NCBI GenBank assembly: GCA_965222075.1
Contig: OZ244937.1
Span: 2,784,001-2,848,000 of the forward strand
Source: Candidatus Latescibacterota bacterium
GTDB taxonomy: Bacteria; Latescibacterota; UBA2968; GCA-2709665
Length of the DNA: 64,000 bases
Direction: 5' to 3'
In this document: in pieces, positions 50,859-59,656 of the stretch
Layout of the letters: every line of letters starts with the position of its first letter
Position numbering within the stretch: the first letter of the stretch is position 1
Program-made: the position numbers and the translations under genes
The notes under the pieces: generated by a model
Database searches by the model: none
The model's input: the letters and a program-made list of their open reading frames with translations, nothing else
Told to the model about the DNA's origin: nothing

Positions 50859-51917
50859 TTATTTCAAATTCATACGCCAGATATTGTATTTCCCTTCTGC
50901 CGTCGCTCGCTGTGACACAAAATACAGGGAACGACCATCGTGTGACCATCGAGGGCATATATCGTGGCCAGGATGAAAAGTCATCTGCGTCAGATCAGTT
51001 CCATCTATGTTAACGAAAAAAATGTCCAAATTGCGTGGAGTATTTCCTCCATAACTGGCTGCAACAACGGCCAGTTTCTTACCATCTGGCGAAACCGAAC
51101 ACTCGGAGTAACCTCGATCTTGAGAAGAAAGGATGAGGAATTCCTGTCCCTTTTCAAGATCAACCAACCAGATTTCGGCATATCCGGTTTCTCTATTGCC
51201 TCGGATAGTCGCAACTTTTTTGCCATCAGGCGTGAACGATAACCCTCTTCCCTCGACATACTGAGTCAGGGCATTATTGGTTAAATCGTACGTCCATAAA
51301 TAGGCCCTTTCTCCCTGGTATTCGTAAAATAGAATTTTCGAATTGTCAGGAGAGAAAACCGGATAAAATGTCTTCGTTTTGCTCCTTGTTATCTGACGTA
51401 TCGCAAAGCCGCTTTCTGAGGCTATTGTATAAATATTCGTATTACCATCCCGGTTGTCTGCAAATGCTAAATTTTGCCCATCAGGCGAAAATGAAACATC
51501 CCAGATATCTTCGCTGAATGTCCTTTGCAGCACCGCCCTCCCGCCCTTTAAATTCTTGATGAACACATTGTCTTTTTTGTTTTTACGGCCTACGTAGGCT
51601 ATTTTCTCGTTCGTAATACTGAAAATCTGCCGCGGGGTGTAACTGAGGCCTCTGCCTTGTCGTGTTTTTTTTATCGGCGGCGTAATAACCGTCTCTTCAT
51701 CCTCGGTCAACCTCGTAAAGCTGATGCCGCCTTCTTCCGGAACGCTGGGAAGACTGTAATCTATCCGAGGTGGTGGAGGTGGTGGAGGTGGAGGTGGTGG
51801 AGTCGTTGCGCACCCACACATTAATAGCAATAAAGTAAGGTGTGACTTTAAATAGACAAGAGGAGGAACCTTCCGTATAATTAGAACTTTCCTGAACAAC
51901 GAAGACGTTGAAGACAT
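50859..51917 (-). CDS. TolB-like PD40 beta-propeller protein, probable lipoprotein, with poly-Pro linker
   Basis: LLLLMCGC lipobox-like motif, poly-Pro run, repeated FSPDG/WS.DG motifs. Confidence 0.85.
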   Translation of the reverse strand: MSSTSSLFRKVLIIRKVPPLVYLKSHLTLLLLMCGCATTPPPPPPPPPPPRIDYSLPSVPEEGGISFTRLTEDEETVITPPIKKTRQGRGLSYTPRQIFSITNEKIAYVGRKNKKDNVFIKNLKGGRAVLQRTFSEDIWDVSFSPDGQNLAFADNRDGNTNIYTIASESGFAIRQITRSKTKTFYPVFSPDNSKILFYEYQGERAYLWTYDLTNNALTQYVEGRGLSFTPDGKKVATIRGNRETGYAEIWLVDLEKGQEFLILSSQDRGYSECSVSPDGKKLAVVAASYGGNTPRNLDIFFVNIDGTDLTQMTFHPGHDICPRWSHDGRSLYFVSQRATAEGKYNIWRMNLK

Positions 51918-52207
51918 GATGGACCTCCCGTGTTATTGGAAGCTGCCGTGGCCCTGGAGGACGCCTAATTCAACTACGGGTCGTCTGTTCATCCAGTCCT
52001 GTGATTTGACTCATCTTGCGGATGCTCCCGTGACCCATGCGCTAAAAATCAGCTGATCCCAGGTGATTTCCGATGTACAAAATAAAACCCACCCGCAATG
52101 CGAGTGGGCATTTTCCGATCATGCACAGCGAGTCCGGAGATGCTGACAGCTTCACCGGACAGACTGTTAACTCTTTTGTTAGTTCCCTAACACTCTCCCT
52201 CAAAATT

Positions 52208-52225
52208 GGGGGGGGGGGGGGGGGG
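52208..52225 (+). repeat. Poly-G tract (18 nt)
   Basis: Directly visible. Confidence 0.85.
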
Positions 52226-52645
52226 TAAGTAAGTTTCTGTTTTTATTACACTTATATGGTCTATATTTGCATAAATCGCCGGTAGTCTGAATGACACCGA
52301 GGAGCACTGGACCCATTTTGACCGCCATGTTAAACCAACCCTGAATGTGTCGCAGTCCAGATTGCAACCGACACCAAAAATATCAGAATGAGGGCATCGC
52401 GCTTCATTTACCCGGCGGGTATTTTCATCATGCCGAATGCAAGCTCAGCCCCTTAAACGGGAACATTATAACACAACTACTACCGTTGTCAAGCAAAAAT
52501 TTGGGAGTTTGGCCCGGATCAGGGCCAGGTTGTCAGGAAGGCAGGATAGGGGTAGGGATACTGGGGGTTGGATACCGGCTTGCAGGGGGAGTGAAGTGTT
52601 TGAGAACTGTTTTGGTGTGCTGGAGAGGGTGTACAAGACGTTGAC

Positions 52646-52760
52646 ATCCCCCCCACCGCATCAGCCGTCGCCTGCCCTTCGACAATCCTTCGACAGGCTC
52701 AGGACAAGGCTCAGGGGACCGGCTCGGCTTCTGCGACTCCCCCTCAAGGGGGGAGTAATG
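52646..52760. repeat. ~70-bp palindromic repeat, right copy, with nested CCTTCGACA..GCTCAGG insertions
   Basis: Reverse complement of 36376-36445 interrupted at about 52675-52719. Confidence 0.85.
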
Positions 52761-52810
52761 AGGGGGGTGGCGCAGGCAGGTCTGGCTGACATGGACGCCC
52801 TGGCCCTCGA

Positions 52811-53023
52811 CTAATTGTCGCCTGCATCCCTCTCTTTGCGCATCCGGTAGCGTTTGACCCGCCGAACAAAAATCCAGATCAGCCCCACCACGGCCACGTA
52901 CTTCAAGACCTCCCAGGTCCATCCGTCCCATCCCAGAATCGTCGGCCACAGCGCAAAAATCGACAGCAGGATAAACAGATCCTCCAAAGCCATCCAAAAC
53001 CACGTCCGATCACCGTTACGCAT
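52811..53023 (-). CDS. Small two-TM membrane protein
   Basis: Two hydrophobic helices; stop codon overlaps the right 24-bp repeat. Confidence 0.7.
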   Translation of the reverse strand: MRNGDRTWFWMALEDLFILLSIFALWPTILGWDGWTWEVLKYVAVVGLIWIFVRRVKRYRMRKERDAGDN

Positions 53024-53061
53024 ACCCCGAGCGCCTCCTGTGCGTGTCGGCCCTTGCCGCG

Positions 53062-55227
53062 CTAACGCAAAAGGCCCTTTTCATGCGGCCGATCCTCCCC
53101 CTGCAGGTAGGAATAGACCTGATAGTTCCTGTAGACCAGCTTCACGTAGTTCCGCGTCTCCCGGTAGGGAATGCTCTCCACAAACTCATCCACATCCTCC
53201 CTCGGCAATCTTTTGGACCAGCGCCGGGCCGCCTTCAACCCGGCGTTGTAGGCCGAAAGCGCCAGCCCCAGTTGTCGGTCCTTGCTCCGATCGAAATACC
53301 GGAGGTGGTCCGACAGGTGGCGCCCCCCCAGGCGGATCGACGTCCGGGGCTCCCACAGGTCGGCGGTGGAGAACCCCGCCATGCGAACCTTGCGCGCCAT
53401 CCTCCGCCCTGTCGCCGGCATCACCTGCATCAGCCCCCGGGCGCCTGCCGAAGACAGGGCCTCCTCATTAAACGCACTCTCCTGCCGGATAATAGCCAGA
53501 ATCAGGTTGGGATCCAGATCGACCTCCCGGGCCGTCCGGCTGATCTCTCCCCAGTAGTAGGTCGGATACAGCCGCCGGAACGAAGCCAGCGTGATCCGAA
53601 TCCCCTGCCGCTGTTCCACACCGACCATCCAATTGGAGACCCGCAACGCCTGATACGTCGAACCAATCCGTTCGTAGCGCTGCAGCAGATCGCCCAGGGC
53701 AAACCGGTTGTCTCGATGCGCCCGACCGACGCGCATATACTCCCGTTCGGCCAGCCGGTAGAGCCCCAGCGATGCCAGCACATCCCCTTTCAAAAGGTAA
53801 GCCGACGGCTCATACGCCTCCTCTGCAGCCGCAACGTCCACCTCCGGGACCACCGGGAAGACATCGGACGTTACGCCCAGCACGGCGCGGGCGCGGGCGG
53901 AATAATAAGACATGGGAAACCCCTGAGCTGCCCGCTGCATCCAGAAGGCGCCCTCCTCCTCCTGGCCGGACCGCCGGTAGCACTTTCCCGCCCAGTAAAA
54001 GCCCTGATCGCGCAGGTAGGCTTTGGAGGTCGTCCTGGACAGACGCAAAAAGGTGCGGCCCCCCTCCTTGTAGTCCCCGACCTTGTAAAGCGCAAACCCG
54101 GCCCGCCACCGCCCCTTATCCGCAAACTCGCTCCTGGGATAACGGGCCGCCAGCTTCAAAAAGATCTCCCGGGCCTGCCGGTACCTGCCCCGCCGCTCGT
54201 TGGCCATAGCCGCATTCCAGAGGGCCCTGGCCGCTCCGGTCACAGACGGGTAACGTTGCGCAAACGTCTGAAACTGTTCCACCGCCTCTAAGTCTCGCCC
54301 CAGCCTCACCGAACAACGCCCCAACTCGAACAGGGCCCTGGGCACCCCATAGACCCGATAGGCCTTCTGAAAGGCGCGTTCCGCGGTCCGATAATCCCTT
54401 CGGTTGTAATACATCAGCCCCAGTTCGTACTGCGCCCGCCCGCGCCAGTTCCCATTGGAAGCGTTCCGAATAATCTGCCGGAAGAGCGCCGCCGCCTTCC
54501 GGAATTTCCCCACCTTCGCATAGGCCACCCCGCCGTAAAAGCACTCCTGTACACGCTTCAACGGCCCCATCTGCTTCAGGGCGACAATCGCCTGAGGGGT
54601 CTTCGGATAGTCCCGAACCAGTCGCAATCGGGCCTTTCGGGCCTCTGTTGAGTCCCCTGAAGCCTCCAGCGCCTCCACCAGACCGACCAGGGCTCGCACC
54701 TCCTGCCTGCTGATCCCAAGCAGATGCCGGTAGCGCGCAACCGCGTCTCCCGCACGGCCCTGCGCTAAGTGCAGATCTGCCACCCGCAGCACGGCCGAAT
54801 CCTTCAGCAGCGATGCCATCTGCAAAACGTGCGTGTACGCCGACACCGCACGGTCAAACTGGCCCAACGCCTCAAAACACTCACCCTGCCAGAAAACCAG
54901 ATAGTCCTCAACGGTTTCAACTTTCGCCTCCAGGACTCTAAATCCGGCCAGCGCCTCGCCATATTGCCCCAGGAACTTCTGGCACACTGCCCGCTGGAGC
55001 AGAACCTTCTGCGCCTCCGACGTATCCAGCCCCTCTGTTTTCAGCCCCGAAAGCAGCGTCAGGGCCTCCCGGTACTGTCCTTTGGAGATCAGCGCCTCCG
55101 CCTGCCACAGCAGGTCCAGGCGTTCGCTCATGGCCAGCCGTCCGGGAGTGCCCAGCAGTGCCCCGATAACCAGCAGCACAACGCCAGATACGACCGGCCA
55201 GTACCGTATTCGCTGTTTTTTTGTCAT
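53062..55227 (-). CDS. Soluble lytic transglycosylase with TPR repeats (Slt70-like)
   Basis: IRQES.F, GARGLMQVMP, AYNAG and IPYRETRNYV motifs. Confidence 0.92.
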   Translation of the reverse strand: MTKKQRIRYWPVVSGVVLLVIGALLGTPGRLAMSERLDLLWQAEALISKGQYREALTLLSGLKTEGLDTSEAQKVLLQRAVCQKFLGQYGEALAGFRVLEAKVETVEDYLVFWQGECFEALGQFDRAVSAYTHVLQMASLLKDSAVLRVADLHLAQGRAGDAVARYRHLLGISRQEVRALVGLVEALEASGDSTEARKARLRLVRDYPKTPQAIVALKQMGPLKRVQECFYGGVAYAKVGKFRKAAALFRQIIRNASNGNWRGRAQYELGLMYYNRRDYRTAERAFQKAYRVYGVPRALFELGRCSVRLGRDLEAVEQFQTFAQRYPSVTGAARALWNAAMANERRGRYRQAREIFLKLAARYPRSEFADKGRWRAGFALYKVGDYKEGGRTFLRLSRTTSKAYLRDQGFYWAGKCYRRSGQEEEGAFWMQRAAQGFPMSYYSARARAVLGVTSDVFPVVPEVDVAAAEEAYEPSAYLLKGDVLASLGLYRLAEREYMRVGRAHRDNRFALGDLLQRYERIGSTYQALRVSNWMVGVEQRQGIRITLASFRRLYPTYYWGEISRTAREVDLDPNLILAIIRQESAFNEEALSSAGARGLMQVMPATGRRMARKVRMAGFSTADLWEPRTSIRLGGRHLSDHLRYFDRSKDRQLGLALSAYNAGLKAARRWSKRLPREDVDEFVESIPYRETRNYVKLVYRNYQVYSYLQGEDRPHEKGLLR

Positions 55228-55398
55228 CCTGGTTGTTCTGAAAAATGTTCACAGTATCGCAACTACAAATTTACACAGAAAATAGCCCGATTGTCAAGTC
55301 CGAGGGGAGTCGCGCAACTTTGATTATAAGACAAAATAGGCGCCAGGTTCCCATTTTTGTTGTCCCGAACCCCGGGATCGCGTATAATTAGCATCGGG

Positions 55399-56526
55399 AT
55401 GGAAAAAAACATGGCACACCATTCAGCAGCCTCTCTATTGAAGGCGGCAGACCGGAAGCGCGAAGGCAGCCAGTTCGACGAGGCCCTATCGCTCTACCGC
55501 AAAGCCCAGACGCACTTCCGCACGGAAAAGGACCTGGAGGGCCTCCTCACCTGTCGTCTGTCCAAAGGGCACTGTCTGCGTCTCATCGGCCGCTTTAAGC
55601 AGGCCCTGTCCGAATACCGGACCGCCCAACGCCTGGCGCTCGATGCTGGAGACGAGGTTGCGCTTGCCGATGCCGTCGTGGGCCGGGGGATGGCCGTGCG
55701 GGCTTTGTGGGACATCCCCGAATCGCTCCGGCTCTTTGACCGGGCGGTGACCCTCTATCGGGCGCTTGAGGACGGCGCCGGAGAGGCCTATACCCTCTGG
55801 GCCAAAGGCGGCGCCCTCCGCGTGCGGGGAGACCTCACCCTCGCCTTAAAGACCTTCCACGACGCCCGTCAGCGGTTTGACGCACAGAGCAACCGGGAAG
55901 GAACGGTCTATGCCCTGTGCGGCCTGGGCGGCATCTCCCGTATCATGGGCCGGTTCGACGACTCCCTCGCATTCTACACCGAAGCAAACGAGCGCCTCCG
56001 CCGCTCCCGTGACAGGTTCGGCCGGGCCTACTCCTTCTGCGGCCGGGCGAATGCGTGGCGCGTGCTGGGCGACTACGACACTTCTCTGTCCCTCTTCGAC
56101 CGCGCCCGGTGGCTCTACGACGAAATCGGCGACCGCGTCAGCTACGCCTACACCGTATGGGGAGAAGGCACGGCCTACAAGATGCTCAAGCGCTACGACG
56201 ATGCCGAACAGAACTTCCGGGAGGCCGAAGCCCTGTTTCGAGCTACCAAAGACTTGCGCGGCAGGGTCTACACCCTGCTGGGGCGGGGAGAACTCCGACT
56301 GCTGGCGGGTAAAACCGGCCCGGCGGATCGGCTGTTCCGGAAGGCCTCCGACACCGCCCGGCAGTTCGGCCTCCGGCTTGAGGAACACCACGCCGAGCTT
56401 CTCTTAAAACTCCTCCAAAAGGAACAGGGAAGGCGCGTCTCCTTCCACGGCCTCCGCAAGCGGTACGAACGCCTGGGCACGACGTTTCTGGAGGATGAAC
56501 CTTCAGTACCATTAAACCTGCCTTGA
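55399..56526 (+). CDS. TPR repeat protein
   Basis: About eight ~40-aa helical repeats (D..G.AY.L.G.G). Confidence 0.8.
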   Translation: MEKNMAHHSAASLLKAADRKREGSQFDEALSLYRKAQTHFRTEKDLEGLLTCRLSKGHCLRLIGRFKQALSEYRTAQRLALDAGDEVALADAVVGRGMAVRALWDIPESLRLFDRAVTLYRALEDGAGEAYTLWAKGGALRVRGDLTLALKTFHDARQRFDAQSNREGTVYALCGLGGISRIMGRFDDSLAFYTEANERLRRSRDRFGRAYSFCGRANAWRVLGDYDTSLSLFDRARWLYDEIGDRVSYAYTVWGEGTAYKMLKRYDDAEQNFREAEALFRATKDLRGRVYTLLGRGELRLLAGKTGPADRLFRKASDTARQFGLRLEEHHAELLLKLLQKEQGRRVSFHGLRKRYERLGTTFLEDEPSVPLNLP

Positions 56527-56531
56527 GCCCT

Positions 56532-57500
56532 TTATTTCACCGCAATCGGGTTTCCCGGAGATCCTGTGCCCCCCTTCAACCGCAGCGGTGCAAACACAAA
56601 CGCGAACTCGTACACCCCGTCTGCGGCCAGCCCCTCCAGGTCCAGGTTCTCTAAATTGTAGATCCCGTTCCGGTTAATCAGGACCTGGTGGGCTTCAAAC
56701 GGCCGGTTCGGATCGTCTCCCGGCACCGCCTCCACGGCCCAGCTATCCCCGCCCGTCATCGCAACCTTCTGCTCCACCAGCCACCGGGCGGCCTCCAGCC
56801 CGATGCCCGGCTCGCCCGAATTGTACGTCTTATTGTCCACCATCCACAGCTTCCCGTGGCCCGTCCGAAAAAGCACCACATCCCCCTCGGTAATCTCCAC
56901 CCCCTGTTTTTTCAACGCCCCCTGAATATCCCCCACCGTAACAATGTACCCCACCTCCAGTCGTTCGGCCCCCTTGTATCCGGCCACATCAACCAGCACC
57001 CCCCGTGTGAAGAACACCCCCACGTTCTCGACCCCCAGCTTTTCCAGGCCATACGCCTTGCTAAACTCCGACCGCTTGAACCCGTTGTAGAAAAAATCCT
57101 CATCTCCCACCCGGGTGCCGATGTGTCCCAGGCCGTCGAACTGGGTGCCGATCTGTCCGATCTCTCCACTGAACATCTCATCGTGCCAGACCAGTTGATT
57201 CGCTCCCTCGGCCACGCCGGACGGAGACCCCACAATTGTCAAACTGTAGTGTCGGTTGCCAAACAGCGGCATCCCGTTCTCGTAGACCCTGCCCAATTGA
57301 TAGACCTTCCCCTCTTTAATCAACCCTGCGGCCTGGAGCACCTTCTGGGGCGTAATCCGGTTGATTGCCCCGCGCTGGTCCTCCGGCCCCCACTCGGAGG
57401 GCCACCATTTCGGCCCTATCGGGGTCTCCTGGGCCTTCAACGGTACAACGGTCAGCCACACATACCCAAGTGCGAGAAAACATCCATACAGACACCGCAT
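56532..57500 (-). CDS. Cyclase family (kynurenine formamidase-like) metallohydrolase
   Basis: GTQFDGLGH, TRGVLVDV, ENLDL and GGTGSP.NPIA motifs; signal peptide. Confidence 0.88.
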   Translation of the reverse strand: MRCLYGCFLALGYVWLTVVPLKAQETPIGPKWWPSEWGPEDQRGAINRITPQKVLQAAGLIKEGKVYQLGRVYENGMPLFGNRHYSLTIVGSPSGVAEGANQLVWHDEMFSGEIGQIGTQFDGLGHIGTRVGDEDFFYNGFKRSEFSKAYGLEKLGVENVGVFFTRGVLVDVAGYKGAERLEVGYIVTVGDIQGALKKQGVEITEGDVVLFRTGHGKLWMVDNKTYNSGEPGIGLEAARWLVEQKVAMTGGDSWAVEAVPGDDPNRPFEAHQVLINRNGIYNLENLDLEGLAADGVYEFAFVFAPLRLKGGTGSPGNPIAVK

Positions 57501-57696
57501 ATTCTACCTCCTATCGCATTGAGGTAACAGCCTGTTTCTCGTGATATCGACGCCAAGATAATGCGCCCCCGCCTGAAACGCAAGGGCAGAATATTTCCAT
57601 CGGAAATGGGAATAGAAGGTCGTTGCATTGGCCCGCGCTCCATGCTATCTTACCTCTGCTTCAGAAACTTGTGTAGATAAACTAAGGAGAAAAACA

Positions 57697-58665
57697 ATGA
57701 AAACCAAACCCCTGGGCCGGACCGGCCTGGAGGTCTCCATCGTGGGGCTGGGCGCTGCATTCATCGGCATCCCCGACCCCAACCGGGCCGCCCTGGAATA
57801 CGACGGCCAGCCGGGGCAGATGCAGGATGACCTGGGTGTCCGGACCGTCCACGCGGCTATCGAATCCGGATGCACCCTCATCGACACCGCCCCCCTCTAC
57901 GGCCGGACCCGCAGCGAAGAGATCGTCGGCCGGGCCCTCAAAGAGCGCCCGGACCTGGCCGCTCGATGCACCGTCACCACCAAAGTCGGCTGCCTCGCAG
58001 ATGGATTCGACTACACCTACGACGGCATCATGCGCCACGTGGAAGCGAGCCAGCAGCGCCTCGGCCTGGACACCTTCGAGGTCCTCTACATCCACGACGC
58101 CATGGATGTCCCGGTAGAGCAGGTGATGGGCAAAGACGGCGCCCTGGGCGCCCTGCGCAAACTCCAGGACGAGGGCGTTGTGCGGTTCGTCGGTGTCGCC
58201 GCCAACGAACCTGAAACCAACGCCCCTTACATCGAAACCGGGGAATTCGACGCCGCCGTCATCCCCGAGGCCTGGAGCCTCTTAAACCAGCTTGCCGCAC
58301 AACGCATCCTGCCTGCCGCAGAGAAACACAACGTCGGCCTTGTCATCGCCACCCCGGTCGAGCGCGGCCTCCTGGCCACCGGCCCCGCCCCGGGCACCAA
58401 CTACCTGGCCCGCAGCTTCAGCCAGGCCTGCTTAGACCACGTCACCAAAATCCAGACCCTCTGCCGGGACCACAACATCCCCATGGTCACCGCCGCCCTC
58501 CAGTGGTGCACCCGCCACCCCCAGGTCGCCGCCGCCATCCCGGGCGCTCGAACCCCCGGTGAGGCCGCCGAAAACGCCCGCGCCGGCGAAACAGACATCC
58601 CCGGGGCCTTCTGGGAAGACCTGGCGCACCTGGTCCGGCACTTTGAGGCGGGAGTGGACCGGTAG
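57697..58665 (+). CDS. Aldo/keto reductase
   Basis: LGRTGLEVS.VGLG, DTAPLYG, TKVG, YIHD and IPGART motifs. Confidence 0.9.
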   Translation: MKTKPLGRTGLEVSIVGLGAAFIGIPDPNRAALEYDGQPGQMQDDLGVRTVHAAIESGCTLIDTAPLYGRTRSEEIVGRALKERPDLAARCTVTTKVGCLADGFDYTYDGIMRHVEASQQRLGLDTFEVLYIHDAMDVPVEQVMGKDGALGALRKLQDEGVVRFVGVAANEPETNAPYIETGEFDAAVIPEAWSLLNQLAAQRILPAAEKHNVGLVIATPVERGLLATGPAPGTNYLARSFSQACLDHVTKIQTLCRDHNIPMVTAALQWCTRHPQVAAAIPGARTPGEAAENARAGETDIPGAFWEDLAHLVRHFEAGVDR

Positions 58666-58712
58666 AGCCCTCACCCCCCGTGAAACCCTTACCAACGGAG
58701 GACCTCTCATCG

Positions 58713-59603
58713 ATGTCCCTCACCCTGACCCTTTTGGGAACCGGCACCCCCACCCCCCTCACCTACCGCGCGGGCTCCAGCTATCTCGTCACCCTGGGTG
58801 ATGAAGCCCTTCTCTTCGACTGCGGGCCGATGTGCGTTCACCGCCTCCTGAAAAAAGGCGTGCCCCCAGAACGCATCACCGGTCTCTTCCTCACCCATCT
58901 GCACTACGACCACTGTGTCGACTACGGCTATCTCGTCTTAAACCGCTGGGACCAGGGCGCCGGAAAAATCCCGGAACTTTTAGTCTACGGCCCTCCGCCC
59001 ACCGCCCGGATGACCGACCGGCTCTTTGGAGAAGACGGCGCATTCGGACCCGACCTCGAAGCCAGGACCCGCCACCCGGGCAGCGAATTCGTCTATGAGA
59101 TGCGCGGCGGCACCCTGCCCAGAAAACGCCCCGCGCCTATCGTCACCGAAGTCGCCCACGGCGACGTGGTAGAAAAGAAGGGATGGCGCGTGAAAGTGGC
59201 CGAAGTGATCCACACCCAGCCTCAGCTCACCTGCCTCGCCTATCGCCTGGACACGCCCGACCGCGTCGTCGTCTTTGGAGGCGACACCGCGCCGATAGAG
59301 CGCCTCACCGAACTGTCGGAGGGCGCTGATATCCTGCTGCACATGTGCCACCTCGTCAACAATGCCGTCACCGACCCCAGAATCACAGGCTGTTGTTCGG
59401 GGCACTTAGACGCGGCACGCACCGCACGCGACGCCGGCGTCAACACCCTGGTTCTCGTCCACATCACCGAACAGGTCGAACGTCCCGGCATCCGCGAGCG
59501 GGTCCTGCACGAAGCGGGTGAAATCTTCGACGGCCACATCATCTTTGGCGAAGACCTCCTGGACGTTCCGCTGGGCGACATCGCGCCGGAGAAGATCCAG
59601 TAG
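58713..59603 (+). CDS. MBL-fold metallohydrolase (RNase Z/arylsulfatase-like), copy 1
   Basis: LLGTGTP, THLHYDH, GDT and LVH motifs. Confidence 0.88.
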   Translation: MSLTLTLLGTGTPTPLTYRAGSSYLVTLGDEALLFDCGPMCVHRLLKKGVPPERITGLFLTHLHYDHCVDYGYLVLNRWDQGAGKIPELLVYGPPPTARMTDRLFGEDGAFGPDLEARTRHPGSEFVYEMRGGTLPRKRPAPIVTEVAHGDVVEKKGWRVKVAEVIHTQPQLTCLAYRLDTPDRVVVFGGDTAPIERLTELSEGADILLHMCHLVNNAVTDPRITGCCSGHLDAARTARDAGVNTLVLVHITEQVERPGIRERVLHEAGEIFDGHIIFGEDLLDVPLGDIAPEKIQ

Positions 59604-59656
59604 GGGCAGGTCTCCCCTACGACAACAAACCACCTGATCCAGAAAGAGACCCCCCT

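Larger units (their letters stand above)
36289..52815. mobile_element. Genomic island (~16.5 kb) inserted at the rdgB 3' end
   Basis: Exact 24-bp direct repeat TGGACGCCCTGGCCCTCGACTAAT at 36289-36312 and 52792-52815; mosaic content with AT-richer stretches, IS elements and gene fragments. Confidence 0.85.

Noticed and set aside
54702-54730. CCTGCCTGC matches in slt (also near 43331, 58308 and 62091) as extra micro-elements
   Set aside because: No complementary closing arm; chance matches in GC-rich coding DNA.
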